NCBI GenBank assembly: GCA_051530055.1
Contig: CM121342.1
Location: 11,237,480 to 11,301,479 of the forward strand
Reading direction: 5' to 3'
DNA: 64,000 nucleotides
Origin: Neoechinorhynchus agilis
Lineage: Eukaryota > Animalia > Acanthocephala
The notes below the pieces were generated by a model that did not search any database, was not told where the DNA came from, and saw only the letters and a list, made by a program, of their open reading frames with translations. Made by a program: the position numbers and the translations under genes. Positions within the stretch are counted from its first letter, which is position 1. Every line of letters begins with the position of its first letter. This document shows, piece by piece, positions 28,227 to 40,392 of the stretch.

Positions 28227-29013
28227 CTAAAATTAAAAAAGCAAGGACTCACCTTTAGATCTAGCACTCCATCTACAGTGCTCCCTCTGCTGTCAACCAA
28301 TGTCGACTCACTTTTAATATTACGTCAATTTCATTCCTCGAACCCACAGAGTTCAATTGGGAAAGGAAATATGTGACTATGACACTGTTGCATTGTTTTA
28401 TAGGGTTTCTTAGGTGAAATCTGAATCTTTTAGCTATGTAGATGAAAAAGCGGTTCTTTTGTCGCATTTTTTAGAGAAATCGAAGAGATTCTTTTTTTCG
28501 CCGACAGACCATCTGAGTTAAAACAAAATCCACAAAAAACTTGTTATCTCGACTCAGTAAATGAATTTAAGTGCCCCATAGATAATAAAAAACCCGAAAA
28601 TTTCTTCTATACGTTTTTAAAGATGTTCATGCTGGGAAAATTTTTTAGAAAAACATTCTTTTATCTTTACCCTGGCTAGACGGCCACACCCATTACACGG
28701 TTGATTGTTTTTCCCATGGGCACACAACCAACCGAGCTTCCCTGACCTAAGGAGAAACATGTAAGAATAGAAAAAATTCTTTACGGGAAATTATCAAACG
28801 AAACGATACGAGACTCGAGTTATTGCGTATTTATATCATTTTACAGCAATTACTCAGAAGAAAGCAGACGTTCTCTTATGACGCCAGTGATTAAATTTAA
28901 AAGTTGGTAGCTAACATAAAATGAAGTAAAAAACAGGTAGTGGTTGGTTTATTCAGTAAAAATCCTGGGTACACTACAAAATTATCCGTTTGAAGGTCTA
29001 CAAAAAATAAAAT

Positions 29014-29107
29014 TCATTGAATCCGAGATGTTTCGGCGTCACTAAGGTTGTTTAGAGAAATTCAGGCCGCCCGAGATAGTGGCGCCGAAACATCTCGGAT
29101 TCAATGA
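29014..29107. repeat. Fold-back palindrome (approx. 31-bp arms)
   Basis: TCATTGAATCCGAGATGTTTCGGCGTCACTA / TAGTGGCGCCGAAACATCTCGGATTCAATGA. Confidence 0.85.
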
Positions 29108-29172
29108 GCTTTATGAAGATAATCCCGGTTAGAAATCATTTTATGTTTGAAGATTGAATTATTCATATAGGT

Positions 29173-29370
29173 TGTTTTCTGGCTTCGTAATTAAAATGAT
29201 TTTATTTTTAAAATCCGATTGATTTCGGCACAATCTTTTACGCCTTTTAATCAAGGTTGCTTGTAAATTTTAAATGTGACAAGCAACCTTGATCAAAAGG
29301 CGTACAAGATTGTGCTGAAATCAATCGGATTTTAAAAATAAAATCATTTTAATTACGAAGCCAGAAAACA
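29173..29370. repeat. Long fold-back palindrome (approx. 92-bp arms, 14-nt loop)
   Basis: TGTTTTCTGGCTTCGTAATTAAAATGATTTT... is reverse-complementary to ...AAAATCATTTTAATTACGAAGCCAGAAAACA. Confidence 0.9.
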
Positions 29371-29985
29371 GTCATTTTACTGTAATAAAATATTCCGCGA
29401 GAAAACCTTGCTTCATCAGTAATTGTAAATTCACCACAAATCAAAATCTAAAATCCCGATGGATTTTCTCGAAATGAATTTTATTCGTTTTTTCAGGACC
29501 ACCAGTACAGTTTGAAAGAAAATTTTCGCTTGTTAAAAATACGTGCAGGTTTGTCTGATTTAATTTCAAAAATATGTACGTCACGAGGCCTTATGTTTCT
29601 TCCGTGTTTTCATCAATGACGTATTTTATTTAAAATGTTAGTGACTTGTGGTGTTTTTATGGAAGCGAATTTTAATTATTATTTTTGTTTGAAATGATGG
29701 TGTTGCAGTTTCATGTGGTCGTAGGTACTAAAGAACTCTTTCGTTTACTTTTGAGCTCCACAATCCCTTTCAAAATCTAAAAATTAAAAACAAAGTTTTA
29801 TCATTCCCAACATTTGGCTCATCTTCAAAGAAACCGGTTGTTTGGGGTACTTCACTAGGTTTCGAAATGCTGCGTCACCTTAACCACATTCCAATGCGGA
29901 AGAATGTAGCATTCAGGTAAGAAGCGGCGTGTACCTTTGTAATGGAGGACGTATTTAAAATCATTGTGTGATTGTTTTTGAAGAT

Positions 29986-32900
29986 ATGAAGCGCCGTCAA
30001 TCGGGAAGTGGGTTTTGTATGTCATCAGGTGACGTTCGAACCGTATCTGCGATAAAGTCCATTGATCGCGATCTTTCAGTGTCCAGCGCAACTACTCTTC
30101 ACCTCAATAACCTCGTAACGGCTTCATTGAGTCTCTTAAACGATCAAGTTTGTCAAAATCCAAATGAAAAGGTTTTTGCACTTCGTACTCTTAAATCATT
30201 GGTTCGGAAGCACTGGCATGAGATCGCAGAATTCTTGCCTTGTCTAGAAGCCTTAATTCAACAACCATCGTTTCCTGAACACAAACTGGCGGCCTTTGTA
30301 ACCGCCGAAACTTACTATTGCATGAATGAGTTCCGAAACGCGATGGACTTCGCCCTTCTTGCTGATGATTTATTCGAAGAAGTGGTCGATAGTGGAGAAC
30401 ATTGTGATTTCGTTAGATGTGTCCTTTCGCAGTGTATCGAAATCTACGGACGAGCACGGCGACGTGTATTTAGTCTTAATGCAACACTCGATCTCGTGGC
30501 TATAGAAGAAATTTATGAGGAAGAGCGAGTTTGTCGCAAAATTGAAGCCATCGTTGAACGAATGGTCGAACAGGCTATTCAAGGAGGCAACGAAAAACTC
30601 GCCCTCGGACTCTGCATTGATACACGTCGTCTTGATCTCATTCGAAGCATCCTAAACAAAGCTAATCCTACCGTCAAATCCGAGCTTGTCCTTTTTCTCT
30701 ATAAATCTATTGGATACGACGGAGCCAATTTCTCAAGTGTCGACGATGATCGATTCAAACGACACTGCTATCTAATTATGGCCGAAACCGCATACGAATG
30801 TGACAAGTGGGACCATTACTTCATTGTAGACTGTTTATATCAAGCAAATCAACCCAAACGTGAGACTATGAATGGATTATCGGTACACATTTTTATAGTT
30901 TTCAGTGAACATTTTTCTTGCTCTGTCGCCTTTTTTATGTTGTTAAATTCTACCAACTTCTATCAATCATTTGCATCATTTAAATCTCATATCAAAATGT
31001 TTTTGCCTTCCAATTTTTAATTTTACAACACAATTTCTAACTGGATTTCTAATCTTCTGGCGGAGGGAGGGGAGTCCTTCGTGATAATCGTCGTAAGCCT
31101 TTCTCTCTAGTACGACCCCATAAGTCTCTGTTTGAAAGGAAACAAAGTTGAAATCTGCTGCTTCATTATATTTTAAAATTTTTTTTGTTTCGCTGGTGTC
31201 GCCATTGAACCAGGCGACGTTGGACTTTCATAAAAGCCATTTTCCTAGGGTCGACAGATCCGGACGCCTTCAGTCCAATCTGCAGTTTGGTAGGTGGTGC
31301 CTTAGATTGCATAGAAATCAAAATTCGTGCTGTTTTTCTCGTAGTGTTTTTCTCCACGATTGTTGCTCTATTCATTGTCATATAGCAAACTGTCTTCATT
31401 ATATTCTACAAATGGATAGACCAGACATTGAAGCATCTCCTCCTGAGACGGCTTTCCAAATAGTTCTCGATCTTCTCGATCACACAACTCAGGCCTTCAT
31501 GAACGTTGTCCGCGTAGCTTTTATTAAACAAAGTTCGTTTTGCGTGGGCGCCGAACCCGAGTACCAGGACACCGTTACTATGAACAATGACCTTGCTCCT
31601 TTCTTCATCAAAGGTCTCAGCGACCGCGATTTCATTCTAAGTGAAGATCACATTCGACCGGTCGCCACATTAAATCACACGTTAGCCTACGTAGATACGA
31701 ACGATCACATATTTGATTCAATAACGGACGAAGATATTCGATTTCCTACAGAGGGTCCACATGTTCACTTCAATGAGGCTGACCGACTATTTCGCCTGAT
31801 GAACAATCGGCAACGATTATCGATCATTTTCCAAAGTTTAGTGCGGCACAATTGTGCTTCCTTAAGTCTTCTAAAGCAAATTAAGGACTGTACCCGAGGG
31901 ACTCTTGGTCAAAGTGGTATCGTGATAGCAAACGGATTGATGCATGCGGGCACCACATGTGATAGCTTTCTACGTGACAATCTCGAGTGGCTTTCTCATG
32001 CATCGTGTTGGGCAAAGTTCAGTGCAACCGCGTCGCTCGGTTTAATTCATCGATTTCATGAGCTAGAGTCCTTAAGATTGATGGAGGCGTATTTGCCTCG
32101 CGATAACGCCAGTAATTCTCCAGGAGATAGTCCATACGCTGAAGGGGGAGGCTTATACGCTATAGGTCTCATTTATGCCGGTCATGAAGCTGGCGAGCTT
32201 CGTATTCCTAGTGCTATTCAAACTGTGATTCATAGAGAGACCGGCAGCGAAATTCGAACTTCAACTCAGTATCTCATTTACTGCCTCGAACGCGCAACAA
32301 ACAAAGTCGTGAAGCACGGGGCTTGTCTTGGCATTGGATTGTCGGGATTATGCAGTAGGCAAAGACGAACTGCTGATATTCTAAAACGGTTCCTAAGTGA
32401 TGATGAAGCTATTGTAGGCGAGGCTGCTGCATTGGCACTCGGGATGACCATGGCAGGACCTTCGTGTACTGCTACGGACACAATTGATTTCGACATTGTC
32501 GATGCCTTACTTCGTGTGGCTGAAAGCAGCACTCATGATAAAGTCGTACGAGGAGTAGGAATGGCGATTGCTATATTGGCTACAGGAAAACGAAATCAGG
32601 TATGGGAGTTGGTCGCGAAGCTTGAGAATTATAATTCAAGCTTTATTCGACGAGCTATTCCGATGAGTATTGCTATGGCCTTTGTTGCTTCAGGGAACTA
32701 TGACGTGATTGAACGGTTGCTTAGTTGGGCCGTGAATGATGTGAGTGACGATGTACGGAGAGCTGCCTGCGAAGGTATTGGATTCGTCATGTACGAACGT
32801 AACGCTTACATGATTCTGAACATTGTGAATCTCCTTAAGGAAAGCTATAATCCTCACGTACGGTTCGGAGCTTGTGTTGCACTTGGTATTAGTTGCATGA

Positions 32901-34234
32901 GTAGCGGAAATCAGGAGATTGTGGATGCCTTACAGACGTCTCTTAACGATCCAGTGTCATTTGTTCGTGTTGCTGCGAATCTCGCGCTTGCCATGGTTTA
33001 TAACGATGTCGGGGAAACTTTGACGCCCGCTGGATCAAATCAAAGCGACACAACCACAACTCAACTGAGGGGAATTCGGCAATTCAGAATGCAATTGATG
33101 AAGCAGGTGTCCGATAAGCTTGAAGATTCCATTGTTCGATATTCGAGCATTGTATCATATGGAATTTTGGATGCGTTTGGGCGAAATGCGCACTTGAGTT
33201 TGGTTAGCGAAAAGGAAGGAGGATCGAATCTCGTCAACTATCAGGCGTGTATTGGTGCTCTCCTTTTTACACAGTTCTGGTATTGGTTTCCTCTGACACA
33301 CATGCTCGCACTCGCTTATAAACCTGATAAGGAGATGTTCCGCCTGGAAATTATTGAAAAAATGATTTTGCCGAATCTATGCTTCCTTTTTGTCGTTTTT
33401 TACCACCTTTTTAATATTTTCGTTTAAAATGTTTTCAGAATTTTTCTTATTTTTGTACTACATGCGGACCATTTCCACAGCATTTGTGCAGTGACCCGTA
33501 ACATGGAAGTACCGGACATAAAACTGTATTCAAACGAGGAGCTTACAGAGTTCACTTATGTTCCAACTATTGAAGAGAAACGAATACCCGATAAACGCAG
33601 TGATCGACTTGAAGCCGCCATGATTGCTTCTTCTCGTCAACGTCGACGTGCTGGATACACAGCTTTGGCTCGAGCGGTGAATCGAACTCAACGACAAGCC
33701 GTGGCAGCGAGTGCCAAGAAAGCGGCCGCACAAGAGTCCTCGAGTGCTACTAAACTGCCAGATAACACGATTCTTACCTTAAAGGCGGGCGAACCACATC
33801 CTCCGCGTAGTTCACCATTAAACCTATCGACGAACCCAGCGACCTATGCACAGATTTCCGGCAATCAGGTATCGATAAAAAATCTTACGCCTGTTCGTCG
33901 AGACAATGTGATGACCATTTTCCTTCCTAATGATCAAAAACGATTTCAACTCTTAAAAACGGTATATGAGGGAGTATTGCCGTGCAACTTTGTTGTTCTC
34001 GTCGATACGGTGCCAGATGAGATGGTAGAGTGTATTTCAGTGGTAGACACCGTACAGGAGGCAGATACTAAGCAAGCATCCGAAGAAGCGGAACCACCTT
34101 CCGAATTTCAATGGAATGAAGATGAAGGTGTTGATAACGATACGGAGAAAATGGATGTTGATGAGAAAGGAGGCGCAGCAAAAAATTCATCTCCACCACC
34201 GCCCACTCCTGATGATGCTGAGAAACAAGAATAG
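29986..34234 (+). CDS. PSMD1: 26S proteasome regulatory subunit Rpn2/PSMD1 (3 exons: approx. 29986-30859, 31380-33325, 33476-34234; start uncertain)
   Basis: EKVFALRTL...WHEIAE, NGLMHAGTTCDSFLRDNLEWL..ASCWAKFSATASLGLIH, YAEGGGLYAIGLI, SDDVRRAA, ESYNPHVRFGA and FTQFWYWFPLTHML, with an acidic tail. Confidence 0.95.
30860..31379 (+). other. 520-nt hairpin-bounded intron 1 in PSMD1
   Basis: Arms 30864-30876 GACTATGAATGGA and 31367-31379 TCTATTCATTGTC (12/13 pairs). It starts GTGAG. The colinear junction ends in TC. An AG at 31384-31385 would delete 2 residues. Confidence 0.6.
33326..33480 (+). other. 150-nt hairpin-bounded intron 2 in PSMD1 (register uncertain within this span)
   Basis: Arms 33331-33346 GGAGATGTTCCGCCTG and 33461-33476 CATGCGGACCATTTCC (14/16 pairs). 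Removing 150 nt gives LAYKP-x-SICAVTRNMEVP, colinear with LAYTPTCVIGLNKDLKMP. Confidence 0.7.
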
Positions 34235-35579
34235 GGCATAGGTCTGCACTCGATTATTGATTATTTAATGATTAAAAAGGTGATAAGTTTTTGGGAGTGA
34301 TGTAAGCCTAAATAGATCGTATTTTAAGAGCTCCCTACAAGTGAAATTAAGGGCATTCTTAAGAAAAACTTTAAATCAGTTGACGTTCATGTTTTTATGG
34401 CGCCACAAATAAAAACACTTAAAAAACTGTCCTTATAAGCTTACAACATACTTTTTGAAACTTCAGCATGTGCAGTTATGAATTCGAGGGCATCGCTTGT
34501 CAAGCTGCAATCCATGCCGTACCTTATCGACAAGTGATTGTTTTAGTAATTTTAAAAAGTACTGATCAAAGCTACGAAACTCATCACGTGGATGAGTCAG
34601 TCTTTGAAAGTCTTCGCCCGACACTGGCGTTCCGGTTTAACTTGAAACAAAAATGTAACGTGCTAATGACATCTTTTCGCTCCTTATTCTATCAACCGAG
34701 ATCATACTTCCATGACTTGAGTCGCAACACAAGGAACTGGTTTTTTTGGTCATCTATAGGCAATAGCTGATAGTAGAAGTAGATGGAAGGCACTAACTCG
34801 CTCAATATGCCGATAAAAGCGGCACCGAAAACCTATGTAGAGTAAAGGTAATAATTCGGACATTCATTTCCGCAATTTCCAGCTTATCATTGTCTCATCG
34901 AAATATCTAAATGGCCGTGAGTGCAAAAAAAATTAGTTTTTGTTTGAGTGAAACTTGTAAATTGATAGGCCATCGGGTTGATCTTCGCGAAAATCTCGAC
35001 AATGCAGAATGTTACGTTCATGTTCGGGAAAACGGAGAACGTCAATTGTGTAAAGCGAAGAAATTAGAATATGTTGACAGCTTGTGGTGCATAAAGTGAT
35101 TCGAAATAGACATAACATTCTGCTTTTGAATTGAACATTGGCTTACCCCGTCACCAAACGAAGTCGTGCTCACAGCAGGTTTTTTATGAAAATACAAAAC
35201 TGCTTTAAAAACATGCTATAATATAAACACGTTTTATTTATGTAAAAAAATGCAGCATGAGAAATATATGTTTCAATTGAAGTTCTAAGGTCACTATGCC
35301 CCATTGGACCTTGTTTAAAAAATGCGATTTTATAATGAAGATTAAAAAAGGAGATGTGGTGCATCCCGGATACAAATAATGATTGGCGAGGCTTCCTCCT
35401 TCGAAATATTTCAATATGTTTTGTCCGAGGGACATCCCGAAAGATATTCTCTTGATGATTTCCTATAAATAAACACTATTCTACAGGGAATTCAAAACTC
35501 ATTTCGGATGTTAAGACATTTCCAAAAGTAACGAGGGAACGTTGCATCCGTCATTTTGACCGTTCCAGAGCATTCTTAA

Positions 35580-35950
35580 ATGTTTTTTACTGGCAAGCCG
35601 GTTCTATTGATTCAGATTTAGGACATCCCTTCCTCGGCTTTTTAGTTTTTCTTCTTGGCATGAAGCCACGCTCACTGTGACATGCTGTATTGCACCTTCA
35701 TCAGTTGCATTTGAATGTAACCTCCGATATAAAGACGATTTTGTTCGAGTTATTAAACAAAGACTAACGATATACGAAAGTGCACTTCCTTTTCTAGAAA
35801 TTATTTGTTTCGTACTTTTAAGCGTTGAAAGAGCGGTTTGAAAATATCGCCAAAAGTCCAAATATTTCACATTAATATATTTTTAAATTCACTTTGGCCT
35901 TCTGCAATAATAAAAAGTAACTTTTTTAATAAAATTTTGAGTAAAAAGGC
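35580..35950 (-). repeat. Composite dispersed repeat
   Basis: Inverted copies of 16430-16610 and approx. 19820-20010 joined together. Confidence 0.8.
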
Positions 35951-36285
35951 GTCAGATCAATCAACCTTCTTTTTTGGATTGTGCATGTAGTCAAAAAACT
36001 TTATTTTATCAAATGATGCTCGTCGTTTTCTGTGGCTGACGATGTTTGAAGGGAGTACAATGAAAAAGACGCCACCTGGTGTTCTGCATTTTTCACTTGC
36101 CTTGTTTTGATGTCCTTTGCCGTAGAAATATATCCCGGGTTCTCAGATACCTCCCGAGGGGAACTCGCAGATGACTCATAACCAAAGGGGACGAAATACC
36201 GCTGAAGGGAGGAAACTCACTGATGAGTCCTACGGAAGAATACACGATTTTGACCAATTGCGTATTAAGAAAGAATAGTTTTCAT

Positions 36286-37965
36286 ATGTGCGAAATGAGC
36301 GTTCTGACTTCTCACAGGTTTCGTAAAGCGCCGAGTGTTGCGGCAATCGGACGCATTCAGTCGCAGTTTCCCGAGGGCCATAAGAGTATAACTGGGACCA
36401 ATGTAATTACTTCTTCCGAACGATATGAAGCTCGATCAGAGAAATCGATTGGACGCTATCGGTCGTTAGCATGGGAAACGTATCAAGGCTCTCATCTTGT
36501 AGCCGTTTCCGTAGATTCAGTCACGAGTGTGTTTTCCAGTGCATTGGATGGCGGACTCGTCCATTCCCACGACTACCGCGTCAACGATGATTCTGTAGAT
36601 GGAACGAAGTTGTCGATTGGCCAACCTCACGCAAATTATCCATTTTGTTTAGTTAAAATTTTAGCTACTTTGTTCCGCGATCTATTTTAGTTGAAATCAC
36701 AGCGTTTTTAATTGAAATTCACACAGTAAACTGGATTTGATGAAAGAGAGGAAGTTGAAATTTCGTTCAGATGAGTAGGAGCCATTAATGGTAATCGGCA
36801 GGCACGTCTTTTAACAACTCATGAAGAAAATGTTTATTAATTATGAACTTTCCGCCTGACACCCCGATGGTCTTGTGTTAAATTCCTAAAATTATCACCA
36901 TATTTTTATTAGTCGTTCTTCTTTTAATTTAATTTTTTTTTAATTCGCAATAGTTTGAGACCATTTCGTTCGTTAGAATGTGTCAAATGGTCGCCAATGG
37001 ATCGTAGCAACTTCGCCACAGCATCGTCTGACCGATCTATTCGATTATTTGATTTACGAATTAAAGAGAAATTTGTATATTCCTGTCAAAACGGCCAAGA
37101 CGATCCAGTATGTCTATCATGGCACCCAAAAGGTACAATCATTGGATCAATCACTCGAAATAACACATTGAACGTTCACGACGTCCGATACGGAATTCGA
37201 CCTCTGTTTGAACATGAATTTCGTTCCGATGTTTATGACTGTGCTTGGGACGGCCGGAATCAATTGTACATTACCACGGGACATGGAACTGTGGATGTCT
37301 ACGATTGGAGGAAGTTGACATCATGTTTATCTGAATCAGAAGACGAAGAAGATGATCAAAGATCGCCCGTCTCGAATCTTGAAATGAAAAATGCTCTTGC
37401 TCATGAGATTCCCGTTAGCGTCGGAACTTGTATTTGTATTGACTTTCAACCTCATGATTACCGAAGATTCGCCGTCGGTTGCGCAAATGCATCCGTTTAT
37501 GTGTTCGACACCGAAGATTTGGTTTGTGTATCGAATATAAGTTCCCTTGAATGGTCTGTAAAATGTCTCAGCTTTAGTTCAGATCAGAAACTCATTGCTA
37601 GTGCATCTGAAGACCATCTTTTTGATATATCAACGGTTGTGGGCGGTGAACACGTTGCTCATGTGAAATGTGTCGATTCTCAAGTTACTTGTGCTAAGTT
37701 TAAACCCGGCCCCCAGGACTCCGTGAACGCATACACGATCGCGTTTGTTTGTGATGATAATCGAGAGGGCGGATGTGTTCGATTATTGAGGAACAGTGCA
37801 AGAAGTTCAAGTTCAAATGAAGTTGCTAGGAAGGCCAGTAGTGGAGGAAACACGTCAGGGCAGAGGAGAAACTCACAGACACCAAGAGGCGATCGAGGAA
37901 GTAGGACGTCCGTGAGACGGAAATCGCCTTCGCGGTCCTCTTTACAGAACAACCCGAAAATTTAA
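36286..37965 (+). CDS. THOC3: THO complex subunit 3 (Tex1), WD40 protein (exons approx. 36286-36597 and 36976-37965)
   Basis: YRSLAW...SVDSVTSVF...HDYRVNDDSV|ECVKWSP..FATASSDRSIRLFDLR, CICIDF....RFAVGCANASV.VFD and LIASASEDHLFDI match THOC3. Confidence 0.85.
36598..36975 (+). other. 378-nt hairpin-bounded non-canonical intron in THOC3
   Basis: Arms 36602-36613 GAACGAAGTTGT and 36960-36971 ACCATTTCGTTC (11/12 pairs). TAGA direct repeat at 36596-36599 and 36974-36977. Removal restores DSVECVKWSP, matching DSVDQLCWHP. Confidence 0.65.
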
Positions 37966-38273
37966 GAGGTTTGAAATAAAACCATGAACTTAAATCACGT
38001 GACCTAAAAGTCCGTTTCGTGTCACGAGAAGCTCTAGCCTTTTAGTTCGACATAACGACTAAAAAGATTGTTTTCCAAATATCGCACTTTTGTTCCTACA
38101 ATTTTTTATATTAAAACTTATTCGTCATCTTGACTTCTCGAAACGAATGTGAACATTGCATGAGTCATACGAGGGTGGCTCCTATAAAAGTTCAGGTCGC
38201 ATTTTATATTTTGATAATAAAATAGCACTTACTTTATCTGCCAAAACAGTCCCAATATATTTTGCTTTTTTAG

Positions 38274-40103
38274 ATGTCAGACGAGGAATCAAACAACGAC
38301 GATCTAATCGACCTCCGTGTCTACGGTCTACTCGATTTCGACTGCTTCCACGTTCAGGTCAAGTTTAAGAACGACCCGGACTATTTCAACGTTCCTTGTG
38401 CCGCAGCAAGGAAATTGGGCGATGATGCATTGTAAGATAAAAAGATTATTGATTGAACATGACTTTCGTTTAGCTTGATTTCAACGAACTATGTGGCCCG
38501 CACAAGGGGCTTAAAGAAGCGAATGATGTACAACGAAGCAATGAAAATAGTACCTGATCTACGTGTAAAATATGTGAACGAAATAGACGGGAAAGTGGAC
38601 AACAACGAGTTCGTTAATATTTCCAGAATTAGATGTGCCTTATACTTTCGGAAACCTGTTTAGATACGACGCCGAAGCGTGCCATTTGACCAGTAAAATC
38701 GAAGATTACTGTGCTGAAATCGATGCTGAGATCGTCGAACGAGACGTCGACGAATTTTTAATCGATTTAACAAAATCAATCTGCGCTGACGACCACAGAG
38801 ATATTCCGGAGTTTCAAAATACTAAGATTTGCGGAAACTACGACGGAGAGGACCAAGTTTCCATAAGGTTATTGAAAGCAGGGAAAGTTGTAGCAGCACT
38901 AAGAAGAAGCATTTGGGTTAACGATGGTTATCAGGCATCAGCCGGCATTTCCGTCAATCAGGTAGGCGTAAGGAATGCAAAACTGAAATGATTTTATACA
39001 AAAAAAAGGTTTACGCTAAAATGTGTTGTGATTTGAATCGTCCGTACGGGCAAACAATTCTTTTGCCGAATGGATACGATGAAACGCTTAAGACAATTCC
39101 ACTGAAAAATTTGTAAGTTTCGGTTTTATCTACGTTTCATGCACTTGAAATTCCTTAGGATTTACCTGGGAGGAACTTTTGGATTAGAATTACAATCGAA
39201 ACTTGGAATAGAGAGCGTTTTTGAGTTAATGCAATTCACTCAGGAAAGACTAGAAAATGAATTCGGTGGAAATAAAGGGTACGTTCGAGATGAATGATAC
39301 CTTTAAGGAGTTCATCTTAAAAAGTTTAATCACAAATATTATACTTTGGATCATATCAAATTTTAAGAACTAAATTGCGAAATCATATTTTGTAGACTTC
39401 TCCGGGTTCTTTTTGGAAATGAAGCATCTTAAAATATTTTGAGCACCGACGTGCAAGGCTCAAAAGGTTCAAAATCTATCTTGCCAATTAAGCATTAACT
39501 CTTTAAAATTTGTTCAGGAGATTGGCATATGAGATTTGCCGCGGGATCGACAAATCAACCAAGAAAGGTAGACGTGTCCATCCAGTATTGATAGTCAAAT
39601 TGACAATTAATTTATCCGAGGTACGATCCAAGATATAAAAAATCAAATCTTCGGTAGTCCTTTAAATAGTTAAATAATAGAGTACTGGTTCAACTGACGA
39701 ATGAACTAATTGAAAAAATTAAAGCAGATTCTCTGAAGGTATAATCGTGATCTAGAAATTATCAGTCACGATTGCACTCTCTAGTTCGGCCGATATCCAA
39801 ATACGTTGTTCGCTTCAATAATTACATCAATCGATTCAATTTTCAATATATCCGAAAAAATCAATCTACCGGAAGAAGAAAATATTGGAGCATACCTTCT
39901 AGATTTAGCAACCACATTAATTCGAAAATTGATCGACAACCACACTGAACTCCAGTAGGTTTATTTTAACAGGTAAACTCAAGTATCGGGACCTTTTTGT
40001 TAGAATGGATGTTAAGGTGAAAGTCGAACTTGGTGTAAAACAATTTAAAGGTTGCAAGAAGTCAAAGCGACGACAACTGATTGAGCGGATGGTTTTAATT
40101 TGA
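38274..40103 (+). CDS. POLH: Y-family DNA polymerase eta-like, multi-exon, all GT-AG introns
   Basis: LLDFDCFHVQV, ISTNYVARTRG, GKVD, DVDEFLIDLT, SAGISVNQVYAKMC..LNRPYGQT, YLGGTFG and AYEICRGID. The 3' end is uncertain. Confidence 0.85.
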
Positions 40104-40392
40104 AATAAACGAAGGTAATTGGCGTCTCATGCATTTTATTGTATTTCAGTTGCACGTTTTTCTCAAACATGATCTTAACTAGCAGTCCCTTTAAAGACGT
40201 TATAAAATGGTTTGCATTGGTTCTTTTCGATAATTAACACAATACATTGGAAGTTAGTTTTTAAGCCCTAAAGGAATATCTCTACGAATCACGCATTGAA
40301 TTCGATCCAATTGATTTATTTTGATACAAATCGAAACACAAATCGAGCACTTGGTAGTACGCATTCGAGTGAAATATATTAGTAGGTACATT

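Noticed and set aside
28227-28252. Possible 26-nt GT-AG intron extending METAP2 upstream
   Set aside because: The upstream frame hits a stop before any ATG I could link. It may be a 5' UTR intron, but is not supported as coding.
36840-36880. Frame YELSA*HPDG upstream of THOC3 exon 2 suggested TGA recoding or an extra exon
   Set aside because: The true upstream exon (HDYRVNDDSV) aligns better, so this segment lies inside the intron. All other genes use TGA as a stop.
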